Positions 49,410 through 63,224 of a DNA stretch of 64,000 bases are shown piece by piece. The DNA lies in NCBI RefSeq assembly GCF_018350175.1, contig NC_058368.1, positions 9,114,001-9,178,000 of the forward strand, written 5' to 3'. The notes under the pieces are model-generated. The model was given only the letters and a program-made list of their open reading frames with translations. It had not been told where the DNA came from and did not search any database. This DNA comes from Felis catus (Eukaryota). The position numbers and the translations under genes are program-made. Each line of letters opens with the position of its first letter. Position 1 is the first letter of the stretch.

Positions 49410-51494
49410 GAAGGAATCCCACTCAGGCTCCTCAAATTTAGGAGTCCATTCTTATTCTGATGAACACATCTAACCTTAGAGGAAACAGCAGTTTGGGGTC
49501 TAACTCTGAAGCTTTAGGAAAACAAAAACTGTACATAATGTTACTTGGATATAGATTTTGTGAAATTATCTTATTTTACAGCGAATATGAATAAACAGAA
49601 TGAATTACTTACTTCAAATATCATTTGTGGCAACAAAGTCTTTACATATGCCCCTATTTTACTCTTCAGTCCTTAACTAAAACTAAGCCTGACTGCTAGC
49701 TTACAGATATCATCAAAGAAAACAAATTTCTATTCTACCAAAAAGAAAACTTAATCTAGGAAAGAAACTCTTGGTAACAACCTGAAAGTTCTGCTAAAAG
49801 GTTCTACTCTTCACATGAAGAGACCACTTAATATACAGAGATACACATTAACATGTCATAAGAAACAATGATAGAACTTTTATTTCTGAAATTCCAAGCC
49901 AAATTTCTGCACATGGGTAACGGGGAGAAAAACTAACACTCTTAGCAATTCATCAAATGCTCACTGAACACCCACTGTTTTCTAAGATGCATGGGCCCCA
50001 TTCTCTCCCTGGAGAGACCAGAGTCTGATAACAGCATGGCCCAGGTAGGCTGATGTCTAGGAATTCAGATCTACAGGGGACACTAAGTCACTACGGGAAT
50101 ACACTGGCCATATTTGGCTGCAGTCAGCTCAGGTTCCACAACTGAACAGTATAGAGGTTTTTTCTAAAATTTAAATGCCCTTGAGAAAGTTGTCTGGTTC
50201 AGAAAAAAAAAAACATAAATTAAAACTACCAAAGTTTGGGAAATGTCTAAGAATTTTTAGAAAACTGACCTTGCTTCAGCCAGTAGAAATGAATAAGGTG
50301 TTTGCTCCTATATAAAAATGTTACCAGAAAAAAAAAAATCAGTTTATCTTTCTTCCATTAAATATATGTTGAGCAAATATTTAAAGAACATTATTAGTTC
50401 CCAATTCACATGAATTGGCCTAATCCTGGGCAAAATAACTAGCAACTGAAATGTCAACCTAACGTAACTCAATACCACAACCAAATCTGATGTCATCAGG
50501 CACAGAGAGAAAAGCACCAACATAGACTTAAAAGGGTCTGGAATAGCACCCCAGAGAAAGAGACTCCTAAACTGAGACCTGGAATAGGAGTTAGTGAAGT
50601 GGAAAGTGTAGGGGGGCGGGCGAGGGGGGTGCCTCTTAAAACTGTTTGAAACTTGTGGGATCCTCTAAGTGTGAATGCTATAACATTATGAATACATACA
50701 CCTCACGAAATTGCCCTGAATTACAATCTGCCATGGATCAAAGGGATCAAAAGATATTAACATTAAAATTACTTTACCCAGTTAAAACTTTCCGGAACAA
50801 ATAAATGTGAGAGGGCCAGAAGCCAGGAAAATATATTACCCGTGGCAAAACTAAAAGCATCCTTATTTTATTCTCACCCTTCTGAATGCCATTTAATCCC
50901 CCATTTTCTCAACTCAGAACCATCAAACAAAAATGCAGGCAATGTTACCGTCATTTTGTGGAAATTCTCCGTTGTGCTTCCCGAACTGCACCGAGACCTG
51001 TCTCTAAATTACAAGATGAGTTCCATGCATGGGCAAACAAGTGGCTTATCACTCACAGGTTGATCAAATGGATTCCAGTCCAAACAGAAAAGCACTCAAC
51101 AGAAGCTGCCTGAAGAACCCCCTTACTGTAATGAAGGAAACAACCCATACATTCCTAGCTTAGCTTTATTTTCTGGAGCCAATTCAAGCTGTGAACAGTT
51201 GCATAATCTACACATTTCTAATGCTGATAAGCTGAGCATCCTTCACTATCTATCAAATAATCAGTCTCTGCTCGAACCATCATAAATATTTACCACACGA
51301 AATGTGGTACTGAAGACACTGACTCGATTATGGAATATAATCACAGAATTTAGGGAACTTACTTTTGGAACCAACCAACATAGGAAGGGGTTTGTATCAC
51401 AGAAGCTGCCTGTCAGGCAGCATGCTGTTTTACCCGGAGGGCTTATCTCTTGCTATGGGCGGAGTTATAAACTGTGTCTAAAATGACAGCGACA

Positions 51495-51715
51495 GGGGTG
51501 CCTGGGCGGCTCAGTCGGTTAAGCATCCGACTTCGGCTCAGGTCATGATCTCGAGATCCGTGGGTTCGAGACCCGTGTCGGGTTCTGTGCTGACAGCTCG
51601 GAGCCTGGAGCCTGGAGCCTGGAGCCTGTTTCGGGTTCTGTGTCTCCCTCTTTCTCTGACCCTCCCCGGTTCATGCTCTGTCTCAAAAATAAACAAACAT
51701 TAAAAAAAATAAATT
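51495..51715 (+). mobile_element. Can-SINE with internal (ggagcct)x4
   Basis: Full body with an expanded 7-mer. Confidence 0.93.
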
Positions 51716-53628
51716 ATATTAAATAAAATGAGAGCAACTATGCCGCCAACGTTGAACTCTGAAATCTTTTAGTAATAAGCTGTTATCAATCTGGTTACCA
51801 GACTTGGTGTGATTTTTGTCGTTGTTACTGTTTTGCTGTCTGGGAGACCTTTGCCGTTACTTTCTTGGTCTCAGCTAAGCTGCAGGTAGCAGAGATTGCT
51901 TAAAGATAACCACTAGGCAAATTAGGGATTATCTACCTTATGTTGCATCATTTCTTGATTGAAGCTATGGAACACAAGCTGTCTTGGCTGCATGCAACCA
52001 CCTCAAGAGCAAGACAAAATCTGTGGCAGTGTGCTATGCCGTGTGCTCTTCAGCCTTGCAAATTCTGTGCTGAGACCCTTCAAACCCAAGCCACGGTGCC
52101 AAGTGATGAACCACTTCATTCTTTAAAATCATGAGTAGAAAGAAGGTGAATACATAAACTTAATCTGTCTGCTATATTGTAGGCATTCTGGAAGAAATGA
52201 ACAAAAAAAGGCATCTAAACCAGAAAAGTTTAGATTCTGAAGGTCAATATGGGGAAGGACTACTAGTGACTACAGCAGTATGTTAAGTGTTCTGAATGAA
52301 AATATAAATTGTAATAATTAAATTTCAGTTTCTCTGTTTCCTTTGCCTCCCGTGTGGCATACATGTAGAGGCAGCAGAAGCCTTGAATTTTTAAAACTAT
52401 GATTTTAGCCATTTTACACTTGTGCTCATATTTTCATCACTGCTTCGGTCCCTTGCCCACCCTTGTCGGGCGTTGTGGGGGAGGCGGATGCTTAGGGTTA
52501 CGATGTTAAGGCCAGTAGTTGCAGTGATGGGAATGACAGAACGGGTCAATGGAGTCACACGAAGAGGCCATAAACAAAATAGTTTAATGTGTTAGAGAAG
52601 ACAAGGTTTCTAAAGGTTTTTAATTTTTTAAATGTCAATCTGTGATCCAACTCTAAAAGGAGAAAGTAATCATAGAAAAAATGACCTCCAGGTAACAGAA
52701 GATCAACTTGGTTAAATTCACATGTACACGTGGCCAATCCCTACTCTGGTACCAAAATGGGTCAAGGTTTTGAGACGGGAAAGCAGGGAGCTGGGTAAAG
52801 GCAACCAGACATAAAGAACTGCTTTCTCTGTAAGCCACGAGTCCCAAATTAAATTTGATTTAGAGAGTTTTATAAATACTTGCTTTTATTCAAAGTCATA
52901 CAAATCGTAACTTCTAGCTTGAACTGTTTGCAAACGTTTATATTTAGCTCTCCTTTCACCCTTAACTGCATCAAGGAGGGAAAAAAGGAAGTTAAGAAGC
53001 AGGAACAGCAAAGAAATCAGAACACGGCCGTATTTCACCTCTGGTTCACATATATTCACAAGCTTTTTAATTCATTATCAAGAAGTCTAATTTTAGACTG
53101 ACTAAAGAAAAAAAGATACTATCACGCACATCCTCTTGGTCAGGAAGAGAAAGTTAATAGTATCTGGAAAGCCTTCAAACCACAGGAATTCAGGGACACT
53201 TAACATCAATTATTTAAATAAATACTAATCTATTGCAGAGCAAAGGAAAAAGAGAACAAACTATTTAGGTCACTTGACCAGAGGTAAAAATACTTATTTT
53301 CTTCCTTTTCCTCTCAATAAAAAAGGAAGACAGCAACATAATGATTTCCCAAAGTAAAGCCAATCAATCACCAGAAAGAAATTTCTGTTCAAGAACTATT
53401 TTTAGATCTTGAGGCATATTTTTTTTTTTTTTTGCCTTTCAAAAAGTTACTTAAAAATCTTACTTCACAGAATATGTATGTCACAAATGTGTATGTGCTT
53501 GACATTAGTGGCCAACGTATGTATTCTGACGGCCAAGTCAAAATGCTTTTTTATTTCTTTCTGATGTAAGATAGAAAAGCAGAACTCTAGAATATTGTCT
53601 AAAGTAGGATTTAAAAAGAACCGTCCTA

Positions 53629-53794
53629 GGGGTGCCTGAGTGGCTCAGTCGGTTAAGCGTCCGTCTTTGGCTCAGGCCATGATCTTGCAGCTCATGGGTT
53701 CGAGCCCCGCATCGGGCTCTGTGCTGACAGCTCAGAGCCTGGAGCCTGCTTCAGATCCTGTGTCCTCCTCTTTCTCTGCCCCTCTCCCGCTCGT

Positions 53795-53837
<43 letters not shown>

Positions 53838-53880
53838 AATAAAATAAACATTAAAAAAAAAACAAAACAAAATAAAAAAA
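53629..53880 (+). mobile_element. Can-SINE
   Basis: Full body with (TC)n and A-tail. Confidence 0.93.
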
Positions 53881-54559
53881 AATCTGCCCTATGTATTCTC
53901 TACTTTTCAATGCTCTTAAGACAAAAACCATTTAAATGCTAACCACATTTTGAAATGTTAATTTTTCAGTGGTTTCAGTTCAAATTGCTAACAGGTAATA
54001 TAAAAATTTGCCTTTATATGCGTTATGTCTAAATGTTTGGTAATCTTAGGTAATTACTGCTAACTCTGAAGCTGTGTTGGGTATTATGGTAGTTTACAAA
54101 GAGTCATTATCATATATCTCAACATATATATCAAATATCACACATAATTGAGATTTGTTTCAAAATAACCCAGGAGCCAGTAGAGCAGGTTTACAGATAA
54201 AACATTTCTGACCATGAGTTGAGAACTGTTGAAGCTGGAACATGGATACATAGTGGTTTCATTATATTACTCTCTCCATTTCTGTGTATGTCTGCAATTT
54301 TTCATAGAACTTTAAGCATTTGCAAACTGCCACCTAAGCGACTCCCAATATTATAAAGAGTTGAGTCAAACTGTAGGGCAGGTCATCTAGCTTGGGACAA
54401 AAAAAAAAAAAAAAAAAAAAGAGAGAAATGAACAGTCAGTGTAAGATTGAAGAGAAAGGCCAAGCAAGGCCAACTGTTTTGTTGCAGTGTGTATCCACAG
54501 CACAAGTCCTGGAATAAAGAAACATGGTTACAGACTTCAAAAGAAATACAGCCACCTGC

Positions 54560-54609
54560 GAATACAAGATTCTGCCAAGTCCATGAATACAAGATTCTGC
54601 CAAGTCCAT
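54560..54609. repeat. Perfect 25-bp tandem duplication
   Basis: gaatacaagattctgccaagtccat x2. Confidence 0.97.
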
Positions 54610-54919
54610 AAACTACGAAGATGGTTTTAATAGTACTACAAATCTGGGAAAAAACTTAACCCACCTATTATGGAATTAGAAGACCTGATATAATAAAGCA
54701 GTTACATTTTCTGTAACTGATTCTGGATAACTACTGGTTACTTTTAATAATAAATTAAAATACTACGGCACTGAAAATTACATAGATTTCTTTTTTTTAT
54801 GAGTCTTCTAAAATAAAATCTGCTCTTACAGACATCATTTTTTTTTTAATAGGAAAAGTTAAAGGAGAAACATATTAGCAATTTAGAGAGAAATGGTTTA
54901 GAAAGAATCCAAACCCCTT

Positions 54920-55044
54920 GGGGCACCTGGGTGGCTCAGTCCTTTAAACATCGGACTTGATTTTCCACTCAGGTCATGATCGCATGGTTTGTGGGCTCGA
55001 GCTCTGTGTCTGGCTCTGCATTGACAGTGTGGGGTCAGCTTGGG

Positions 55045-55090
<46 letters not shown>

Positions 55091-55190
55091 TCTCTGCTCC
55101 TCCCCAGCTTGTGCACTCGCGCGCACGCACTCTCTCTCTCCCCCTTCCTCCTTCCCTGTCTCAAAATACGTAAACTTAAAAAAACAAAAA
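54920..55190 (+). mobile_element. Can-SINE (older subfamily) with (TC)n
   Basis: TSD-like tccaaacccct on both sides. Confidence 0.9.
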
Positions 55191-56084
55191 CTCCAAACCC
55201 CTCAAAAGAATTAATGAGCAACATTCATTAATGTCAAAGGCTAATTAAAAGACCTAAGGCTTCCATCACAGGGAAGGATAATGATCCCTTTCCCCTATTC
55301 CTTACCCCCCCCCGCCCCCCGCAGATTTTTCTAGAGACCACTGCAAGGATGAAATATCAGCCACTTCAGAAATTGTAAGAGATTCTACAAATAAACTCAA
55401 CAGAATGATTTATGGTGTTTGGATAAGCCTAATAATGTCTCTTACAGCACTTCTAACATACGGCATTTTATTTTTTTCTGGAAAGAAGCTTCTCTAATGA
55501 AGACCCTAGTGATAGTGGTATGTTAGTGACTCTGCAAAAAAAGATGTACCAGAGACTAGCAGCATCTCACCGGGAGGTCCTTAGAATTTTATAGTCACGT
55601 AAAATGAATTCTAGATTTTGGCTACTACCAGATTCCTTGCAACCCTGGAGTTTATTTTGCATTCATAGTTCCTATATTTGAAGTGGTATTAGACATTTTA
55701 AAACATTACACTCAAGGGTTTTTCGTCCTTGGGTTACCCTCCACCCTACTTTTGTTCTCCTAATCTCAAGAATCGACTATGGACATTGCTCAAATCAACA
55801 TGGTCTCTCCCTCTCTCTGCTCCATGATATAAACAGTAAACTGCACGCTAAAGATAATAAAGTTGACCCTTTAACTTTGTAAACTTAACTACATGCTAAA
55901 GATACTAAAGTAAACCCTGTAGCTTTTTTACTCTTATTTGTTAAATGAAGGCCGCCGTATTTCTAACATTACCACATGCTTACGTAAAATGAACTGCTTC
56001 ATTTCTAATATATGTAGTATTTCATAATATAGCACAACTTCCCAGAAATCCAGAGACATTACCCATGTCACATAATAGGCCCTA

Positions 56085-56270
56085 GAAACAGAAGGTCTGA
56101 GTTTGAATCCTAACTCCACCAGATACAAGTGCTCAATTTCTCCATGTTTCAGTTTCCATATCTATAAAATGGGAATAGCAATACCTAGCTGATAGCACTT
56201 TGGGAAATTTTACTGAACATGTCTGAGGCACTTAAAACACTGCCCACCTGACCACTCAATACATGCTAAT
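56085..56270 (+). mobile_element. MIR
   Basis: tctgagtttgaatcctaactccacc...tttcagtttccatatctataaaatgggaatagcaatacct. Confidence 0.8.
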
Positions 56271-56945
56271 CTAAACTGTATTTACATATTGAAAATAACA
56301 CAAACCAGACAAGAAGGCATACTGACTTAGGCTCCAAAAGGATCTTGTTATAAAAGACTGAAATCTGAGCAACGTTTCAGTATATCTGATGTTTGTGTGT
56401 TTTTTACATCTGTTATGTGTAGACTACATATCTGATTTAGTATACTAGATTCATCACAGAGAAAAAAACAATTTCCTCATGACATAGCAAAGCTGTATAC
56501 ATATCAGGATTGAGCTTGTATTTATTATTTACAGTTGTACTACGTTATTTCATAGGAATCACGGTTCTTGGGTAACTAATCAAATTGCTCAGAAAGCCAT
56601 TCTGTAAAGTTTATTGGTAGGTCTAACTAACCTTTCAAACAAAGACTGTGCTACTATTCCTCTGCATCTTAAATTTCACCTGGAACTTGAAGACTCTGTC
56701 CTTTCCAAAAAAATATGCTGACTTCTTTGGTTGAATTTTCTACCATTTTCCTTATTCATTCATTAATCACTGAATGTATCCTTTATTCATTGAATATGTA
56801 TCCCACAGATAACAAGGTTTAGTATGCCAACTTACTTGCTTAATATTTCTCTAGTACAAGGGCATATAAAAACGTTGACCAACGTTCTTTAAACTTACTT
56901 TTGGTTTATGGTATCGTACTGATGTGGTAAAGAAATACATAATCT

Positions 56946-57174
56946 GGGGGCGCCTGGGTGGCGCAGTCGGTTAAGCGTCCGACTTCAGCCAGGTCACGAT
57001 CTCGTGGTCCGTGAGTTCGAGCCCCGCGTCAGGCTCTGGGCTAATGGCTCAGAGCCTGGAGCCTGTTTCCAATTCTGTGTCTCCCTCTCTCTCTGCCCCT
57101 CCCCCGTTATGCTCTGTCTCTCTCTGTCCCAAAAATAAACGTTGAAAAAAAAAATTAAAAAAATAAAAATAAAA
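56946..57174 (+). mobile_element. Young SINEC_Fc
   Basis: Perfect 17-bp TSD aaagaaatacataatct (56929-56945 and 57175-57191). Confidence 0.96.
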
Positions 57175-57204
57175 AAAGAAATACATAATCTGAATTACCT
57201 GACT

Positions 57205-57298
57205 GCACATAAGTTCCCAAAATAGAATCATTAACAAATGTGGCTCTTAAGGCACATAAGTTCCCAAAATAGAATCATTAACAAATGTGGCTCTTAAG
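57205..57298. repeat. Perfect 47-bp tandem duplication
   Basis: gcacataagttcccaaaatagaatcattaacaaatgtggctcttaag x2. Confidence 0.97.
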
Positions 57299-58126
57299 GA
57301 ACTTAGATGTAACTAAAAAGTATTTTATAAGTAGTCACCAGGTGACTGCAACTGGTCTTTTTAAAGCCCTCTTTGTTGGACTACTTAAATTAGAAGCAGA
57401 AATCGCTCATCTCAGGACTGCTGAGAAACAGTGATGTTATTAATTTTGGTATAATTAACAATACCACCACTAGAATACTCTGCTTGGTTGAACAGATCTG
57501 GCAAGCAAAGTAGCTTATAAACTGACAGAGACTAAACCCAGTAAGTCAATGACCTTTACACAAATGTGATTTCTAAAAAGTAAACACAGTGTACAAATTT
57601 TGTAAGTTCTACATTTAAGAATTTGTTTTTACCTTATTTGACAGGTGGACAGGGGAGTAAATAAACTATAAATAAAATTCAAAGTATAAGATTCTTTTAA
57701 AACTCTTGTGTACTATAAAGATGTATATAGATGTTATTATCATATACTATATACGTGTCTCCAAACTAGAAATAGGAAAAAGCAAAATATTATTTGAGGG
57801 GGTAAAAAAAAAAAAAAAAGTTGAGTCCTTTGGAGAGATTAGAAAGACTTTAAATAAGCATTTCTGCAAATCTCAAATATAAAAATACTCCAACTCCTCC
57901 TCCTTTTGATTCTACTAAAATAAAGTAGTACTCTGATTTAGGTGAATATTTGCTTTGCTTTGACTTTAGGGAAATTACTGAATTAAAATTAGGCATATCC
58001 ATATTAGACTCTACAGAAAGTCCAGAAAGACTGCATCTTTAAAAAAAAAGGTAATGGTACAGATACGATGTGTTAAAAAGAAGCCTACTTCATTCTTTGG
58101 ACAAAGTCAAAGATTTAAAGGTTTTT

Positions 58127-59048
58127 GGGGGGTGCCTAGGTGGCTAAGTCGGTTAAGTGTCTGACTTTGGGTCAGGTCATGATCTTACAGTTCGTGGGTT
58201 CAAGCCCCACACCGGGCTCTCTGCTGTCAGCACAGAGCCCACTTTGGATCCTCTGTGTCTCTCTCTCTCTCTCTCCCAATAAAATAAACATTTAAAAATA
58301 TATAAAGGTTTTTTTCTGAGTTGACGCAAACTGCCTACACTTAAATTTGATCTTTAAGACCTCCCCAAATCACAACAATCCAAAATGAATCATCAACTGT
58401 GCACACACACACACAAAGTCTAGAGAGTCGAGAGCAAAAACATTAATAGTATTTGTACTAAGTTTATATATGGCATTATTTTCTTTCAAATGTTTTCTAT
58501 TTTACAAGTTTTACAATAATGCTACTGCTTTTCTAATCAGTTACAAAATTAGAATAAAATAATAAAACAACGAAATTCAGATTTGTAAATGCAAATACAT
58601 AAAATAAATAGATTATGGCAAAAAAAATGGCAAAATAAGACAAGCCAGATAAATACTTCCCTTTAGAAAACATTGGACAAGTAAATCTAGAGATCACAGA
58701 AAGGAAAAGTATCATTTTGTTTTACTATGTAAGATAAGTTACATTCATTTATTGCTGAGTGGCAATCTCATTAACCTACTTGATCATGCAGAATTATGAT
58801 TACCTTTCCTTCTAAACAGTTTATTTAAAAAAAAAAAAAAACATGCTGGGGCGCCTGGGTGGCTCAGTCGGTTGAGTGTCCAACTTCGGCTCAGGTCATG
58901 ATCTCACAGTTCCTGAGTTAGAGCCCCACATCGGGTTCTCTGTTGTCAGCACAGAGCCTGCTTCGGATCCTCTGTCCCCCTCTCTTTCTACCCCTCCCCT
59001 GCTCATTCATTCTCTCTCTCTCAAAAAATAAAACGTTTAAAAAAAATA
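58127..59048 (+). mobile_element. Two separate Can-SINEs (58127-58300; 58848-59048)
   Basis: SINEC heads, (CT)n and A-tails. Confidence 0.9.
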
Positions 59049-60607
59049 ATAGATGCTAAGACTAACAAAACAAGGATGGTCAAATTGAGAAAGTTATTCT
59101 TTAGCTAAAATGAATATATGTACTGACTGTTTCAAACAGAAGGAAAATGGTGGGCACCACTCTTCTTGTCTCATTACTCTCTGATGGACCTATTCTCAGA
59201 CATCTCCCTTTGTACTTATGACTACCCCTAGTGCATTTCCCAGGTAACTATCACTGACATAAGGTATTCAAATCACCTGGTAAACAAGGAAAAGGTTTTA
59301 CAAATTCAGGGTAGACTGCTCTCCCCTTGTGTCCAACTGCAATGGCCACTTTAATTATTCCAGGAAGGACTCAGCTGTACATGTGGTGGTTCTAACTGAG
59401 AAATGAGATTTCAGAAAAGACCAGTGTTGGCATAATTTGAAAATAAAAGTACAATAAGCTTACATCTGCTCTATGCACTATACACAACCTAAGAATGAAC
59501 CCATCTCTATTTTAGAATAAAGATATTTAGGGGAAATATTTTCCCAGTTTTTTATTTTTCTTGGCTGCCTGTCCTAAGTCCCAAAGGTGTGAAGTGGACA
59601 ACACTTTGGGAAATGAAAGAGCCATGTGTTTGCTTCCTATGCCAGCTGGGAGTCTGACAGCACCCCTAAGAGGCAAGTTGCCCCAATTTTCAGCAAAACT
59701 GTCTTTCTCCGGCATGGATAATTTAACAAGAAACGACATCTCTTAGTAAACCCAGCATCAAAGCATGAACTGAAGGGTTGTTACTGAAACAACAGCCCTA
59801 GTATTAGGTAATAAGGAAAATCACCTGTGCAGGATTAAAAAGAATCAATGACAGAGCAAAAAGAACCATTAACACCTGTCTAGATAATACAGTAGCAAAG
59901 CAAAACATTTGGACACACAGCAAGGGTTGAGAAAAGGTAGATGTGGACACGAAAGTAAAAAACAGTAACGACTTCAAAAAGAGTGGCCATATTGAATCCA
60001 TTGAAGCCTGGCACTTCAATATGGAAGAATTACGAGGAAAACACTTTTGACCCCATTGAAATACTTGACAGTGAGTTAAGATCCACATAGCCTTCACCAT
60101 ATTACCCAAAATGGACTTTAATTCGTCCTTATTCTTCACTTCCTGCAGTGCCTACTATCGCCCAAGACTATTCCTCCTTGAGTTTCTCCATGCGTGGCTT
60201 TCACTATAAACAAACTTTAAAAAAATTCCTATAATTCTGCTCTTTTTCTCTCCCATCTCTAAATAGAGGTATTGTACTTTTGGGCTGTCCCCTCTCTCTT
60301 GGTGAATTCATATAATCTCATATTGATATGATTTTTTCTTCAATTGCCTGTGCACAGTTATTTATATTTTTAGCCCTCTCTTCTTTCCTGAAGGCTGATT
60401 TCACATTCTTACTGGAGTTAAAAAGAGGTCAAAGATGACTCCCAGGTTCCTACCTATCTTCTCTTTTTTAAAAGGATGCTATAAGCTTGATTACAGGTCT
60501 TTTTATGCCACTTAGACTAAAATCCAAAAAGCTTTAAGTAAGGCTGATGACCGTATACATAACGATAGCAGCAAAAAATGAATGCTGACATTGAGAGAAC
60601 AGAAAAA

Positions 60608-60608
<1 letters not shown>

Positions 60609-60656
<48 letters not shown>
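60609..60656. repeat. (CA)n microsatellite
   Basis: About 24 perfect CA units. Confidence 0.97.
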
Positions 60657-60659
<3 letters not shown>

Positions 60660-60805
60660 CAGGACCCAAAGCTTAGCAACTTGGGACCACTTGGAAAATA
60701 AGCAAAAGAAAAGAGAAAGAGAAAGGAAAAAAAACCAAAAAACAAAAAACCCAGAGATCTCTTTAATCCACCGAGAGCATTAACTATGTAAACTACATAT
60801 GACTG

Positions 60806-61003
60806 CACTGTCCAATACAGCCCATTAGCCACATATAGCTGTTTACATTTAAGTTAATTAAAATAAAATTTAAAAATGTAGTCCCTCAGTCACACTAGCC
60901 ATTGTGCAAGTGCTCAAAAGCCACGTGCAGCTAGTGGCTATTTACTGGACAGCACAGATAAGAACATTTTGATCAGTTCAGAAAGTTCTACTGGACAGAG
61001 CTG
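60806..61003. mobile_element. MER3 (hAT-Charlie)
   Basis: cactgtccaata...tcagtcacactagcca...aagtgctcaaaagccacgtgcagctagtggcta...gaaagttctactggacag. Confidence 0.88.
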
Positions 61004-62129
61004 CAGTGCTAATTCAACATTCATGAAGTATTCTCTGAATAGGCACAGCGCTAGGTGCAGGAGTAGAGCAAGATGAGGGAGACACGGCTTCTCTCTTGCC
61101 TCAACAGATTCTCTGTCTAGTAGAAGAAACAGATAGAAATATCTACAAGGACCAGAGTAGGGGAAATAACCTTTATTCCTGCCCAGTCGCCTAGGATTCC
61201 AATCCTTTCGCCTGGCTTTTCTGTAGATCTGGCCTTCTTCATCTGGAGTTATGATGGTTCAGCAGGAAATGCTGAGACTCGCCGCTACCTAGAAATCTCT
61301 GGACTCAGAACCAGAGGTGCTTAGTTAGGCCCAAACAGGATTTAAGCCCCATCTCTCTGGACTTGGTGCTTTACACTGTGGCTAACTCTTGCCGGAAAAA
61401 AGCAGTCCTGCCCTCTGGCTATCCTCCCCTGGTCCCTCCTAGGAGGCAGCTCTGCCTCAACTGTCACTTGGTCTGGAGCCTCCAGCATGTGATACCTACG
61501 GTGCCCGAGTGCCTGAGAACAAGTCTCAGGTACCAATGGCACCAGAAGGGGGAGGAACGGTGCATCCTAAGCAGAGAGAAGATGAAAGACAGAAGCTAAC
61601 AGTTAACAGAAAGATGTGTGTCAAGCAAGGGGGTCATCAAAACTCAAGCACACGCCACATCTGAGGGGCAGCAGCAAGAGAAGAGAATGGATCAAAATCC
61701 GACCGCTAAGAGCCTTAATGCCACCAACTAAGCAGCGTGGCCTGGACTGGCCTTTAAGTGGTGGCCAGCCACTAAGTAGAATGGTCAAATGAGGAGATCT
61801 GTGTTTTCAAAAGCAAACCTGGGGAAAGGTAGATAGTAGTGGAGAAAGCAGACCAGTATCTGGATGAAGACCTGGCTGAAGGTAGTGGAGGTAAGAGGAA
61901 ATTGACCCGAGAGACATGAGAGAAAACTGATGGGCTCTAACTATTGACAGAATCTATCTGGCACAACGGAATCCAACAAATGTTTGCTGCAAAAAGTTGT
62001 GAGGAAGGTAATAATCACTTAGTTCACGCAGAAGGAAAGAAAACAGAAACCGTGAGAAACACAAAAATTTAAGGGGAGGGCTGGCAGAAGAAACAGCGAG
62101 CGAAACTGAAAAATAAGAAATCAAATGAG

Positions 62130-62522
62130 GCAGTATTCGCACAGCCTGGAACGTGATTCCTCAAGATGTCTGGATGGCTTGTTCCCCATCTCCTCGAGAT
62201 CCATATAAAAATGTCAGTATCTTGGTCAGCTCTTCCCTGAACACAATATTTAAAACCGACCAGCACAAGCATGCTCTCAGCACTCTCAACCTCTTTCCTG
62301 CTTTATTTTTCTCTGTAGTACTTACGAACATCTACTATACATTTTAGTTATTTGTATAATGTCTGTCTTCCCACTACTTAAATGTAAGCTCCACTGGCGG
62401 GGCGGGGGGGGGGGGGGGGGGGGCGACTTTGTTTCATTTACCACCGTATACCAGAGACTAAAAAATGCCTGGCATACAGCATATCCTCAACAAATAGTTG
62501 TTGATTAACTGAATGAATAATG
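62130..62522 (+). mobile_element. L2 3' end
   Basis: gcctggaacgtgattcctcaagat...gtctgtcttccc...aatgtaagctcca...tgcctggcatacag...ctcaacaaatagttgttg...tgaatgaat. Confidence 0.85.
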
Positions 62523-63224
62523 CAAAGAAATAAAAAGGGCAGGGTTGTTATATTAGACTAATAAGTATACACATAAAATGATGTCTACCATGGAAATTTT
62601 ATAATTATCTTGAGTGCAAAAATCAAAAATCTGTATAACTGATGTCCTTTAGGTATAAAAGATTCAAAATGTTTTATAAAAATAGGTTTTTAATATATAT
62701 AGACATTCAAATATATGTAGTTAATTGTAACGTAACCTTTTTATTTAGCCACAAAAGGATGAGATTTTATAGCTTGAAAGTCACAATACTTGACAGCCAT
62801 ACTGAAAATTCACCACTTCAAGTATTTAAGTCCTATTAATACTTTCTCAACTTCCATTACAAATTTCTAATTTCTTTTCTGACATTTTGGCTGTTATTAG
62901 GCAAAAAGCTTAAGTTGCAATACCAGAATATTTGTATGATCACAGCAGTTAGTTTTAAACACACGGTGAAGAGGAAATGACGTAAGCGAGGTAAAGAATG
63001 GTCAAAAAGTTGGAAAAGTAAAAAACAATCCAAGAACACAAAAAAGCCCACCTAGCCAGTGGCTTCAGGAAAATGACCAGACATCTTAAATCTCACTTTC
63101 CTTAGCAATAAAATACAGCTAACACTAGAACCTACCTACCTGACAGGCTTATTCTGAGAGTTTTTTTGGAGGATTAAATCTTTCGAGTAATAAGCTTGGT
63201 ACAGTTCCTATCACAGCCCTTTAT

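Noticed and set aside
2975..57237. Recurring ORFs like MAQSVKRPTSAQVMISRFVSSSP... and RETEHERGRGRERGRHRIR...
   Set aside because: Both strands of Can-SINEs, not a protein family or a CRISPR-like array.
62397..62424. Poly-G run (G-quadruplex candidate)
   Set aside because: Homopolymer expansion inside an L2 fragment; length may be unreliable and there is no sign of function.
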